DNA from: Chara braunii
Taxonomy: Eukaryota; Plantae; Charophyceae
Direction: 5' to 3'
DNA: 64,000 bases
Assembly: GCA_003427395.1 (NCBI GenBank)
Contig: BFEA01000027.1
Coordinates: 1,497,885-1,561,884 of the forward strand
The position numbers and the translations under genes were made by a program. Numbering within the stretch: position 1 is the first letter of the stretch; each line of letters starts with the position of its first letter. Under the pieces are notes generated by a model that did not search any database, was not told the DNA's origin, and saw only the letters and a program-made list of their open reading frames with translations. Of the stretch, positions 13,093 to 25,289 are shown in pieces.

Positions 13093-13937
13093 CCCCCCAT
13101 TGCGAAAAACCGGTCTCTCTCCCCCTCTCTCTCTTCCTCTCTCCCCTGCTTGCTCCCCTTTCTCTCCCTAAACGCACACTTGATATTGCACTACGCACCC
13201 ATCTCTCTCAATCTTCCTTGAAATCACCAACACGTATGCCATACCTTTATCTATTATCCCTCTCACAAGTTCCTTTGTACAAACCGTCGTATATAATCTT
13301 TTTGCGCAAATCAACAACGCTCCACACCCACCACCATGCGGCACGTGTCATAGCCCCCCCTCCCCCCTCCCCCACCACGCCCACCCTCCATGAACCCCTG
13401 CGATCCTGTAATCGTTATCCCTCCTATAATATGTCCCAAAAGTGATATGCACCTACCATCAATCTATAGCACCACCGCTCATCCCTCACCCGTGCTACAC
13501 CCTTATGACCCCCCCTCCCCCCTCCCCCCAACACCCCTACCCTCCTTTGATCCCCTGCGCCTTTTTCTCTGGTTGACATCCCGCTCCCCCCATAAGATAA
13601 GAACACCTAAGTACCTCTCATCTCCCTCCCCACATATCACTCTAGACCTCCTCGCCACGCACATGGTATTGACTCAAACATCACGACCTTCTTGATGACT
13701 ATGACATCGCTAACCCCCATTGCGAAAAACCGGTCTCTTCCTCTCTCTCTCTCTTCCTCTCTCCCCTGCTCGCTCCCCTTTCTCTCCCGAAACGCACACT
13801 TGATATTGCACTACGCACCCATCTCTCTCAAATTTCCTTGAAATCACCAACACGTATGCCATACCTTTATCTATTATCCCTCTCACAAGTTCCCTTGCAC
13901 AAACCCTCGTATATAATCTTTTTGCGCAAATCAACAA
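13093..13937 (+). repeat. ~225-bp diverged direct repeat (13093-13318 and 13714-13937)
   Basis: CCCCCATTGCGAAAAACCGGTCTCT...GCGCAAATCAACAAC occurs twice with scattered mismatches. Confidence 0.9.
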
Positions 13938-13970
13938 CTGTCTCTTATACACATCTAGATGTGTATAAGA

Positions 13971-13975
<5 letters not shown>
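13938..13975. other. Nextera mate-pair junction adapter (back-to-back Tn5 mosaic ends); assembly artefact
   Basis: Exact CTGTCTCTTATACACATCT+AGATGTGTATAAGAGACAG. Confidence 0.99.
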
Positions 13976-14026
<51 letters not shown>

Positions 14027-14483
14027 ATAATCATTAATTTATTACATGTCGTTTTCTCTTTTCCTTAGTGTTTGCTTCTTGTGGTTGCCCATTTGCTGCA
14101 CAGTTTATCCTTGTTCCTTGTGTTTCTGAGTGCCTAAGTCTAGTGCGTTTAAGATGTGCCAAATAGTGAGTGCCTGCTTGCCCAGAGTGCCTGGGACACT
14201 ATCGGGGGGGTTGCTGTGTTTTGCATGCCTGTGTATTGGTGTTTTCTGGTCACGACAGACATTCATCTGGTGACTTCCTGGCCGCTGATGGTGGGGTGAA
14301 TCTACAGTCTGCCGGGCTTTCCATAGAATGTGAGTAGGTCATAGTGCGCTTCGATCCTTGCTATGTCCACGGGTTTCTGTGTTGCTACTTGCCTTGCTGT
14401 GTTGCTGTCCAGCCCGCCTGCCCGCTTGCCATGCTATGTGCTGCGCAGTGCAGCCATGTTGAGGGCCTTGTGTGCTCGCCCTC

Positions 14484-14570
14484 ACGCCCACCTGCCCACC
14501 TGCCCACCTGCCCACCTGTCCACCTGCCCACCTGTCCACCCGCCCAAACACCCACCCGCCCACCCGCTTG
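14484..14570 (+). repeat. (CCCACCTG)n-type minisatellite
   Basis: Direct inspection. Confidence 0.85.
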
Positions 14571-15054
14571 CCATGCTGCTTGCCTGCTATGCTTGCTATA
14601 AGTTGCCTTGTCCATGCCGAGCTGCATGTTCTGCTGTGTTTGCCCATTTGCAAGAGAGTTTGAAGCCAGTTATGACTCAAAAGATTGTGAGGGGATGCTG
14701 CAGACTGTCGACAGCTCAGCCTCGTGATGAGTGGGTGTAAGTCCAGTGAATCAGTATGTGACTAGCGTTGTGCTTCTTTTAGGCTCTATCCTTGTATGTT
14801 GTCTGTTTCTGCCCATTATATCTGAATATGTGTGTTCTCTAAGTGCATATGAAGTCTATTAAGCAGGTACGAGAAGTGGTTAAAGTCCAATTGTGGATCC
14901 TTTTTTGGCTCATAAGAACACGTAAAGTTGGATTTGTCTGTGCAGAATCTGGTCCACCACATATTTGCATGGAGCAACATGGCATGGTATGCTATGGGAT
15001 GAATTAGACACACTCACACAGTCACCTTTCTTTGTGGAGGTGTGTTTAGTGAAC

Positions 15055-15101
<47 letters not shown>

Positions 15102-16077
15102 NNNNNNNNNNNNNNNNNNNNNNNNNNNNNNNNNNNNNNNNNNNNNNNNNNNNNNNNNNNNNNNNNNNNNNNNNNNNNNNNNNNNNNNNNNNNNNNNNNN
15201 NNNNNNNNNNNNNNNNNNNNNNNNNNNNNNNNNNNNNNNNNNNNNNNNNNNNNNNNNNNNNNNNNNNNNNNNNNNNNNNNNNNNNNNNNNNNNNNNNNNN
15301 NNNNNNNNNNNNNNNNNNNNNNNNNNNNNNNNNNNNNNNNNNNNNNNNNNNNNNNNNNNNNNNNNNNNNNNNNNNNNNNNNNNNNNNNNNNNNNNNNNNN
15401 NNNNNNNNNNNNNNNNNNNNNNNNNNNNNNNNNNNNNNNNNNNNNNNNNNNNNNNNNNNNNNNNNNNNNNNNNNNNNNNNNNNNNNNNNNNNNNNNNNNN
15501 NNNNNNNNNNNNNNNNNNNNNNNNNNNNNNNNNNNNNNNNNNNNNNNNNNNNNNNNNNNNNNNNNNNNNNNNNNNNNNNNNNNNNNNNNNNNNNNNNNNN
15601 NNNNNNNNNNNNNNNNNNNNNNNNNNNNNNNNNNNNNNNNNNNNNNNNNNNNNNNNNNNNNNNNNNNNNNNNNNNNNNNNNNNNNNNNNNNNNNNNNNNN
15701 NNNNNNNNNNNNNNNNNNNNNNNNNNNNNNNNNNNNNNNNNNNNNNNNNNNNNNNNNNNNNNNNNNNNNNNNNNNNNNNNNNNNNNNNNNNNNNNNNNNN
15801 NNNNNNNNNNNNNNNNNNNNNNNNNNNNNNNNNNNNNNNNNNNNNNNNNNNNNNNNNNNNNNNNNNNNNNNNNNNNNNNNNNNNNNNNNNNNNNNNNNNN
15901 NNNNNNNNNNNNNNNNNNNNNNNNNNNNNNNNNNNNNNNNNNNNNNNNNNNNNNNNNNNNNNNNNNNNNNNNNNNNNNNNNNNNNNNNNNNNNNNNNNNN
16001 NNNNNNNNNNNNNNNNNNNNNNNNNNNNNNNNNNNNNNNNNNNNNNNNNNNNNNNNNNNNNNNNNNNNNNNNNNNNN

Positions 16078-16114
<37 letters not shown>

Positions 16115-16118
<4 letters not shown>

Positions 16119-16894
16119 CTTCCTCTTCCTTCTCCCTCCCTCTGGTGCTCCTTCTCCCGATGTATCCCCGTAACAGAACCATTTACTGACCAGCGTAAAG
16201 GTGTCCCCTTGGAGCTGTGTCTGCAGCTGGAAGACGCCCGAAGACGAACAGGAGCTATGGCGCCTGGTAAGTCTGCTGGCGAGTCCTCCTATCTTACCTC
16301 CGCCCTCACATCCTCCTACTGCTCTAGCTCCTCTAACTGGAACAGCTGCACAGCAGCACGTTGACATCAACCTCTGGATCCTGCGTACCAGGAATGAGTG
16401 TGGTTCAGCTACCTTCAGCGGTGGAACATCCTGGTCCTGTTTTGGCCTGGATCCTGGATCGTTCGATCGGACTACCGGTCGACGGTCCAGGATACAGGCC
16501 CGAAACCTGGTCCTGGAAAACGTGCGCGGTTGAACCTAACGCGGTCCAGCTGAAGGGAAAGTGCACCTGGTCTGAAACATCGGCGCTAGGCCTGAATCGG
16601 CCCTGAATCCTGCACTTGGTACTACCGGTCTGGGTCTAGGAATGAAATGACGTGTCCAGACCGGACAAACGTGGACCCAGACACAACCTGCGAAAAAGAC
16701 AAAGTCAGAGCTGTGAACGGACACAAACCTGAGAACAAAACACACAGGAACTCAGAAAAACGCAGACGGCCTCAAGAAAGGAGCAAATAACCCCCAAACC
16801 GGAACCCACACACTCTATCCTAATGTTAGGGCCCCGAGGAGGCCCGTGTGAGATGCGTGCATGCCACACCACCCCAACTCCGGCACCCTCCACA
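16115..16894 (-). mobile_element. LTR fragment, reverse orientation
   Basis: Ends in ...CTCCACA (TGTGGAG on the minus strand). Shares GGAGC.ATGGCGCC..GGTAAGT with the LTR-like segment at 24295-24320. Confidence 0.45.
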
Positions 16895-17336
16895 GTCGGT
16901 GCAGCTAGGTCTTATATGAGTAGGTGTGGAATGGAGATGTCCTGAATCCGAGCTATAGAATGTTTTAAACCAGCTCAGGGGACGTATGCCACGGTATGGT
17001 ATAAATTTCTCAATGTCGCACAATCTACAAGCCTGTGGAGCGTGTTCAGTGCCTTCCTGTCCCCTTCTATTTCCATTCTTTTTTAGAGGGCAACGGATAT
17101 CATTACGAAACTGACCACTCCCAAGTAATTTGAACTTACTTTATTATAGTTTATTCTGTTCATCTGGATTTGAACTCCAGTCTGTAATTCAACAGGTCAC
17201 AGGTGTACCAACTGAGATAGGCCCGTTGGTATTTGCCTTGCTGTCCCATGCTGCAAAGGCTGCAAAAAAACCTGCAACACCCAGCAAAAACCTGCAAACA
17301 CCTGCAAATTGTGCATAAGCCTGCAAAAACCTGCAT

Positions 17337-18335
17337 TGTGACGAACTATTTTCTGTAATCGTGCGACTTTCTGCGCGGAGCTTGCTTGAGGAAATACGAC
17401 GGGTCGAAGGGGTGAGCTGTGGAAAGATGGGTCGGGCGGGCTAGTTGCATGGATGCCCTCGTTTCTTTTCGTTTTCTGTTGGCAGTTGTCGGATCGATGT
17501 CGGGAAAATCCCATACCAACGGTTGGGTGGTCGCACGTTGATGGGCGCAAGAAATAACTGTACCATAACTTCTTTCTTGTTCTGCTGTGAGCACTGGGGA
17601 TTTCTGGCGCAATCATCGCGCGGGAATATCGTTTTCGAATTTTCAACTGAAATCGAGCCCCCATGGGCTCGCGGAATTATTTCCTCTCTTTTTTGGAATA
17701 TCCTTTTTGCAATTAGGACTTAGGCTAGGAATTTAGGAACGCTTAATTTTGCTGCGCTGCGCTTGCGCGCATCTTGCTGCGCTGGGAACTGGGCTCTGAC
17801 TGGATCGCGCCCTTAATCTTGTGCAGCTGTCGTTTTTGGCGGGCGTGATTGTAACTGTATCTTTCTTCTTTCTTGATGTCCCCGTGTTTGCCCGCCTTCT
17901 CCTTCTTCCTCGCCTCATGTACTCTGTTCTAATTGGCCGGAGAGTTTGCATGACCGGATCAATGCGTGGAGTGTGGTTACATCCCCCACGCCCCGGCCTG
18001 ACCATGCAGACGTAGGCACTTCCTCTCTTCTCGTTTTTGTCCACCTAAGCTTAATCCCGTACCTCTTGCACAGGCATGCATGCTATAAATTTTGCAAGCG
18101 CGATTACTTATCTCTCTAAGAATTTCGAGGTTAGCGCGATCAGTGAGGGTCGGCTAAACAAGCAAGTTTTGGAAGGTGAGTGAGTGCGAGAGTTGGGCGA
18201 TCCGACGAGCTGGTGTCGGGTGTGCGGGGCCACGATGGACTGTGGCGAATGGGCGAACCTGACTTGCATGCTCGAACCAAGCGGGGTGACAACTCTGTGT
18301 TGATGCACGACGACGGACTGCCCACATCGGGAGCG

Positions 18336-18412
<77 letters not shown>

Positions 18413-18428
18413 NNNNNNNNNNNNNNNN

Positions 18429-18497
<69 letters not shown>

Positions 18498-18895
18498 AGT
18501 TGTGTGGGTGTGGGATAAGGTTCCTTTCTTTGTTGTTCCTTTCTTTTCCTCTGTCATCTGTATAATTTTGGACCCGGATATGGTTGATATTATTGCGGCC
18601 TTCTTTTGTAAATCGTCTCGGATTTTCGTTGCTGCCTTTTTGCCTCGTATGAATGCATGAATGGGTGTAAACTCTTCTTCATTAAAGACCTTTTCGGATT
18701 CCCGATCTTGTTTTGCGATGCTTGTCTAATTCCCTCCTCTATCTGCACCTGATTGGAAGCACCCACTATGGATGTCTGAGTTCTTTTTGTTTCTTTTCTC
18801 TCCTTTTCGTCGCATGGATGGTATGGATACGAATGAAACATATGAATGTCCCTCTACCTAGCATGAGTTGCATGTAGGATACGATCGTTATCACA
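17337..18895 (+). mobile_element. Putative 5' LTR of the Ty3/Gypsy element
   Basis: TGTGA...TCACA termini, TATAAA at ~18084, internal (GA)n, immediately upstream of the gag region. Confidence 0.6.
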
Positions 18896-18990
18896 ACATA
18901 GGGAACCCGCTCAAGCGTGACGCGCGCATTTGCATGAGTCAACCCCGAACTTATTGAAAGGATGTTGGAAATCGAACCCGTTAACCAGAT

Positions 18991-21331
18991 ATGGCCGAGG
19001 AAAGTCCCTTTTGGATCACCAATCGTGAAAGACTGAGGGATTCAGAGTACCGCGAGTACTGGGAAGGCGAACAACTAAGACGACGGGGGAACTTGAGAAA
19101 CCCGGAATTCCCCTGTTTGACGGAGAACGACCGACTGTGCGCGGGGGATTTCCACTGGGCTATAACCCGCGACCCGAGGGGCCCAGACTACCCGGATACG
19201 GACAACACCCAATACTACATATCCCCGGGCTTCGTCGTTATCACTACCAGTTTCCCTCCCTTTCACCTCCTCCTCCCGTATCACCAGGTCACGATGTACG
19301 TGGAATTCCATAGCTCGCTATTGGCCTCGCCCACTGTGTGAGGATTGTCGGCGGTACCAGACACGCCAAGCTTCGGGATTTGTCCGCCGAACTCGAACCA
19401 AAGTTGAGCAGCGGTTGCACCACCTCCGCTTACGGTCCGCCCCGTCGGATCCCGAAGCTTGTTACGAGCGACGCCGACAACAACACGACCGCCGGGCGAG
19501 GGACCAACCGTGGCAACGCCACTCTCAAAGGCTATAGGTCCCTTCACCGAAGGCGGAGATGCCAGATACGATCTGTGCGCACCATTTGCACCATTGTCCC
19601 TAAAACTTGCCACAGGAGATCTCAGTTTCGACCTAGGACTCCACCCCCACTTTCCTAAAATCCTTGGCACACCCCCTTTTTCGCACTTTCGGGCCCCCAT
19701 CCCAATCCGATCAGGAAGTCGCGCTGGGCGTGAGGTTGGTGTCGGAGCCGACACGTGGCGAGCTTATAAGAAAAGTGGGTAGATAAGTCGCACAGTACGA
19801 TCTGGCGAACAGGGGGGGGGGCAGACAGCGTTCATATTGACAGTCGGCCGTCCGACCAATCGGTTGCTAAGCACTATAGGATCGCGTCGCGGCGCGTTCC
19901 ACCCGATTTGTATCTCTTCAACTCGGCACACCACCTGTTAGCTACCTTACGCGCACAACAATATGACAACGATGAAGCTCAGATTAACATCCCCGCTAGA
20001 CTGGGAGGGGATGCGCATCACTGGTTTAGCACTTACGCCTAGATAGATGTCCTGACCTTTGAAAGGGACTTTTTGAACAGGTTTGACTATATCCACCCCG
20101 AACAAGCCTTCTTTATGATTAAAGACCGAGTTCAAAAGCCCCTCGAATCTGTCACAGAATATCGCAGTAGATTCTATAGACTGTTTGTCAAATCCCAGAG
20201 GGATGAAAAGGTTGGGAGGGATCTATTTATCGATGGGCTTCGTAGTCGGGCGATGAGGGCGAAATTGCGGAAGCAGTTCTCCCCCATCAACCATACGATG
20301 CAACAGATTATGGATGGGGTGGAAGAAATGGAACGGAAATTCGCTGCTAGCTTTCTAGAAAGCGAGGATCGCACAAAAGATGGAGACTCTTCGAAACTGG
20401 CGAGAGCGAAAGCCGAGCTGGCCGCACTCCAGAACAAATTTGAAAATATGGGCTTTGTCTCCGGACCGGTCACTTACCTAGAACTGGTCACAGCCAAGAA
20501 ATCGGTACCTGAGACAACCTCAGGATTACCGGTTATGGCCCTGCCTCCGCCCCCCTCAGAAGCCCCTGCAAGGCCCAGCGAGTCAAATGCGATACTAGAA
20601 CTAACTCGAACACTGGTTAGCCTAATGCAAGAAAGCAAGAAGGAACAATGCGAACACAATGCTCGGATCGAATCACTGATGAGATCGATGCGTCTGCAAT
20701 CAGAGCAGCACCAATGATGCCAGGCGCAGCCCCCGCTCCAGCGGTGGGCGCGGCGGCAACCAACGTAAGTGTTTGTTACACGTGTCATCAGCCCGGACAC
20801 ATAGCCCGGGACTGTCCCCACCGTCTCACGCAAACAAGAACCGCACCAGCGGCTGCAACACCAATTGCCAACGGACCTGGCCGGGTGGCCACAATGATAG
20901 AAGAAACCGACAGCAGGGCAAGCCCATCGGGGGTCACGGAGGAAGCGGCGGAGCTTATCCCGCTTGACCAGTACATACCGTTGGGATACCTAGGCGTCGG
21001 CATGATAGGGGCCATCCAACCTGCCCCAGACGACAACGAAGTTTCAGAATGGAGGCCCTCCCCGAGGGAAATGGAGACCAGAGGACCCGCGTTCGTTACA
21101 GGAGAGATCGATGTGTTAGATATAATCCGTGCCTTGGATCACTGCATCCCCTTGCCCATCGGGCACCTGCTAACCATCTCCGAACAGGCTAACGACCGGA
21201 TGCTACAGCACTGCAAAGCGAACCGGAAGCGATTTACCTCGCCAAATTGGCAACCGCAAAAGGAAAGGCTCTCGCTAAGGAGTCGAGGCCTGAGGAACCA
21301 ACCACCTTCGAACCCGTCCGGATGGGCCTAA
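18991..21331 (+). pseudogene. gag: Ty3/Gypsy gag, frameshifted
   Basis: ESVTEYRSRF...FIDGL capsid-like segment; CCHC knuckle CYTCHQPGHIARDC at ~20773-20817; broken reading frames. Confidence 0.85.
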
Positions 21332-23930
21332 TTAGGAAAGACGATCACTTCCTACGGATCAAAGCCCTTCCGTGGAGATCCGCGGAGTGCAATGTGGAAG
21401 TCTGGGGAAACCCCTACAGCGCGGTCCTTGATTCCGGGGCCGCGGTTCTGGCCATCTCACTACGGGTGGTCGAGCGCGCCGGGCGACGGAAAGACGTGAT
21501 TCCTCTCGCGGAGGGCGATCACTTCGTTTCCTGCCGACGAAGGTAAGATCCGAGTTGCAGGAAGGATGTCCACTTAGGCGACGTAGTGGTCCTAAACGTG
21601 ACCACATACAATGTCCTCGTCGGATTACCAACCCTCATAGCCTTACAGGCCATGCTGGATTTCGAACGGCAGGCAGTTATCCTCAATAATACCAGAGGAA
21701 AGCCATACACTGTTCCAATGCGCCTCACCCTCCGGACAACTTCGACGTTTGAGCGACAGCGACCCGGGCCCTGCGAAATCCTACGAATGATAAGGTGGGA
21801 AGAATCCACGGACGAATCCGACGTCGAACCCACACTACCGTCATCCGCCTCCGAGAGTGAGGAAGATGCAGATCCTCAAATTCTCGGGCTAACACGACAA
21901 AGGATCTGCTACCCACTCCGACAGAAAACCGCAGAAACTTTCGTTTTCACCAGGGACGAGCAGGGAACCAAGGCACTGATCATGGGAGAACCGCTCATTA
22001 AAATATCTCGGTTGACGGATTATTGGGAACCCCCTCGAACCATGTATGAGGCGACCACCCCGTTGTTACCCAGATATCAGGATAAGTGGTCCTTCTGTGA
22101 TATCTCAAAAATCCCCCCCGGCTCGTTGCTCACCAAAGGAAAAGAGATCCGATTGCTACAAAGGGGAGCCGAAAACTGGACTTCGGAACCCCCTGGGCTG
22201 TACGATCTTGCCCCGTTCGATATTGGACTAAAAATCGAGAAGAAGATCTTGGATCTACGGGATATCGAAGACGGCGTCACCCCGGAGGAACACGTGGCAA
22301 TCAGGGAAGAGGAAGCCCAGATGGTCACCACGATCTTCTCCTGGCATTCCGATCATTCCTTTATATCGTCTCCACCCACGAAAAAGACCCACGTGGCCAG
22401 GACAAAACAGCTACTGGTGGCGATACGAGACTGCCACTACAAACTGCATGTGTCGGACTATGTACCGGGCGAGATAGACAGACTCATCGCAAACATTCTA
22501 ACCGAATATCAAAGGGCGATTAGTACAGAGGATACGGACATAGGACTATCCCTGGTCATACAACATGAAATCCAGACTGGCACCCACCCGCCGATTCATT
22601 GTAAGCCCTACCGGTACTCGCTAGTCGAAAGACGAACCGCCCTGGAACGAATCAGAGAATTCAAGGCCAACGGTTGGATCGGGCCCGCTATCGGACCGTG
22701 GTCCTTCCCCGTGGTTTTAGTCCCCCAAAAGACCGGATCCATTCACATTTGTATCGATTATCGAAAACTGAATGACATCACGATCAAAGATGTATATCCC
22801 CTCCCACGGATTGATGATTTGTTGGATGCGATTGGGTGTGCTAACTACTTTAGTAAGTTCGATATCTGACATGGGTTCCACCACATATTGGTGAAGGAAG
22901 AGGATCGTCTGAAAATGGCGTTCGTATTGTTCGAAGGCACGTGGCAATGGGTTCGATGCCCTATGGGCATCTGCAACACTCCGGCCACATTTCAAAGGGC
23001 GATGAACATGACCTTTTAGAATTTCGTTAACAAGACTCGGCTAACACAGGGAATGGTGAACTTCTGCATTATCGTGTACATGGACGACATCCTGGTGTAT
23101 TCAGAATCGTTTCACAGACATGCGCAGCACATCGAATGGACACTTGGAGCGCTGCAAGATGCCGGCTTCAAGATTGCCCTGAAGAAGAGCGAGTTTTTCC
23201 AGTCAGAAATCTCGTTCCTGAGGTACGTGGTGACGCGAGGGGGCTTGCGGCCGGATTCGAGAAAGGTCGCGGCAATTCGAGACGCCCCGACTCCCACGTC
23301 GCTGACGCAAGTTCGAGCCTTTTTTGGGGCTGGCCTCGTACTAACGACGATTTATCAAGGGTTTCGCAGCAATCGCACGGCCCTTGACGAACCTGTTGCG
23401 AAAGGACCAGCCGTTGAGATGGGACGCTGAGTGCGAGCACGCCTTTGCGACATTGAAGGAAGCCTTGGCCACGACCCCTATTTTGATCCGGCCTGGCCCC
23501 GAGAAGCAATTTGTATTCATCACGGACTGGCAACCGGAGGCGATCTCCGCTATTTTGGCGCAAAAGGGGAAGGACAGCCGCGAGCATGTCATCGAATACG
23601 CATCTAGGACAGTACCAGACGAAAGAAGAAACGATTCGGTGCCTCAAGGAGAATGCTACGCGGTGGTGTGGAGGATTTAACACTTCCATCCGTATCTGTA
23701 TGCACGGAAATTCCTCCTCGTCACGGATCACGAGCCCTTGCTGGCTCTCAAGAGGCTCACTAATTATACGGGCATGATTGGACGTTGGGCAGTGCGGCTG
23801 CAGGAGTACGACTTCGACATCGTCCATTGGAAGACGGAAAGGCACGGAAACGCGGACGGGCTGACACGACTGCACCAACCGACCAAGGTTACCAAAGGGG
23901 AAGAAATCATCCCGTGGAGAGAACCGGAAC
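21247..23930 (+). pseudogene. pol: Ty3/Gypsy pol (protease-RT-RNase H), decayed and truncated before integrase
   Basis: LDSGA protease; WSFPVVLV..CIDYRKLN..YPLPRIDDLL; PMGICNTPATFQ; YMDDILV; RNase H ITDWQ, TDHEPL, RWAVRLQEY, HGNADGLTR; stops at 22867 and 23678 plus frameshifts. Confidence 0.95.
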
Positions 23931-25197
23931 CAACCAGTGGTCTGGTGCTTCACACAGGAAGACAGCGCCAGCCCAGAACATGCACAGACGAGGAGGAAGG
24001 GGATAGACGAAGAGGAGGGGAAAGATGGGAATGTCGTCAACACCAAGTCTTCGGCACAAGCCCAAATAGTCCCTCGTCGAACTGTCGGAATCCCAGATGT
24101 CAAGTCTGGATCCAATGTCNTCAAGTCTCCAGTNACAACTNTGTCTCTCTCTGTCGTAGTCGGAGAAGTCAGGTGGCGAGAGGGTGAGAAGAGAAGGTGG
24201 ACTTAGAAGAGGAAGAAGAAGAACTCTCTCTCTCTCTGTGTCCAGTACTAACCTGTGAAGTTGGCGCCTTGATGCAGGTACCGCGAAGATGGAGCTGGAG
24301 CGATGGCGCCACAGGTAAGTAACACTGGCCTCCGCCAGTCTCTCTCCCACTCTGCGATCTACTACCTACCAGCGCCCAGCGCTGAAGACTACAGCTACAG
24401 CTATGGCGCCCAGTGCCGAAGNCTACAGCTAGCGCTACCACTACTGCCTAGCGCTGAAGACTACTGCAGCGCTCCTCCTGAGTGCTGCGGCCGAATCCTG
24501 AAGACTACCTCTGCCTACTGGTTCTTCCTCCTGCAGGGCGGGCCAGTCCTTTATAGTGCTGGCCCGTGCAGGAGGCTGGCCGTGCCAATGCCTCCCTGGC
24601 CTAGACCCTGCGGAAGCTTCCAGGCAAGAGCCTGGAAGTTCCCTGAAGTTTCCCTGTAGGGAAACAGGCTGAGGCCTGTAGGCCCTGTCAGAAGGAAGCT
24701 TCCAGGCAAGAGCCTGGAAGTTTCCCTGTAGGGAAACAGGCTGGGCCTGTAGGCCCTGTCAGAAGGAAGCTTCCAGGCAAGAGCCTGGAAGTTTCCCTGT
24801 AGGGAAACAGGCTGGAGGTCCGGGACGGGCCCTGCAGGGCCCGTGTGGCTGCACAGTATGCCACAATGGGGGAAATGCGCGCAGCAAGAAGGGAAGATGG
24901 CGCGGGGATGCAAAGCAAGAAACGGGGGTGCGAGACGCGCGAAGAAGTCAGAGCTTAGGCGCGCGCGTGCAAAAATTCAAAAAATCCCCACCGAAAACGT
25001 TTCTTGGTTTTCATACCACGGCCGCTATTCGCCCGCGCGGGAGTTATTAACCAAAAATGAAAAAGCCGTTTCAAAAAGAAAACAAAAACAAAAAGAAAGA
25101 AAAACCCCTGTTTGTCCGCATCCGTGCCTCGGGGCTTCCGGGGGATTTTTGCTCAGGGATATGGGAAGCCGCGCGGTACGGGTCTGAGCTTATCACA
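23931..25197 (-). mobile_element. LTR of a second family, reverse orientation
   Basis: Terminus TGTGATAAG on the minus strand at 25197; minus-strand CTATAAA at ~24550; no similarity to 17337-18895. Confidence 0.55.
24612..24815. repeat. Three ~70-80-bp tandem units made of paired palindromes
   Basis: CTTCCAGGC-AAGA-GCCTGGAAG followed by GTTTCCCT-GT-AGGGAAAC, three times. Confidence 0.92.
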
Positions 25198-25289
25198 CAT
25201 AACGCACCCTGACGATGAATGTATAGAAGCTATCTTTCCGGTCCGGTACAGGCAAAATGAGGGTGCGTTATGTTCGGGGGAAGATGGTA
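25198..25289. mobile_element. pogo/Tc1-mariner-like MITE, subfamily A; left TIR cut by the LTR
   Basis: CATAACGCACCC...GGGTGCGTTATGTTCGGGGGAAGATGG-TA. Confidence 0.85.

Larger units (their letters stand above)
1..13937 (+). mobile_element. Penelope-like element region (Naiad/Chlamys-type), possibly one ~13.6-kb unit or several nested co-oriented copies
   Basis: Uniform A/C-rich strand bias; PLE-type RT ORF; hammerhead at 12674; nt 1-73 recur at 13646-13718 (4 mismatches); (CA)n tracts at 11190 and 13976. Boundaries are uncertain. Confidence 0.65.

Noticed and set aside
13938-13975. Tn5/IS50 ends suggesting bacterial transfer
   Set aside because: Exact match to the synthetic Nextera junction adapter.
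14910-16370. Long ORFs over N gaps and dinucleotide repeats (also 29383-30507, 42534-43269, 54970-55489)
   Set aside because: Artefacts of N runs and (GA)n/(CA)n.
24612-24815. CRISPR-like palindromic repeat array
   Set aside because: The spacers are identical, the context is a eukaryotic LTR and there are no cas genes.
17337-25197. One intact LTR retrotransposon with TG...CA ends
   Set aside because: The two terminal segments are not homologous, the flanks (TGCAT versus CATAA) give no TSD, and integrase is missing.
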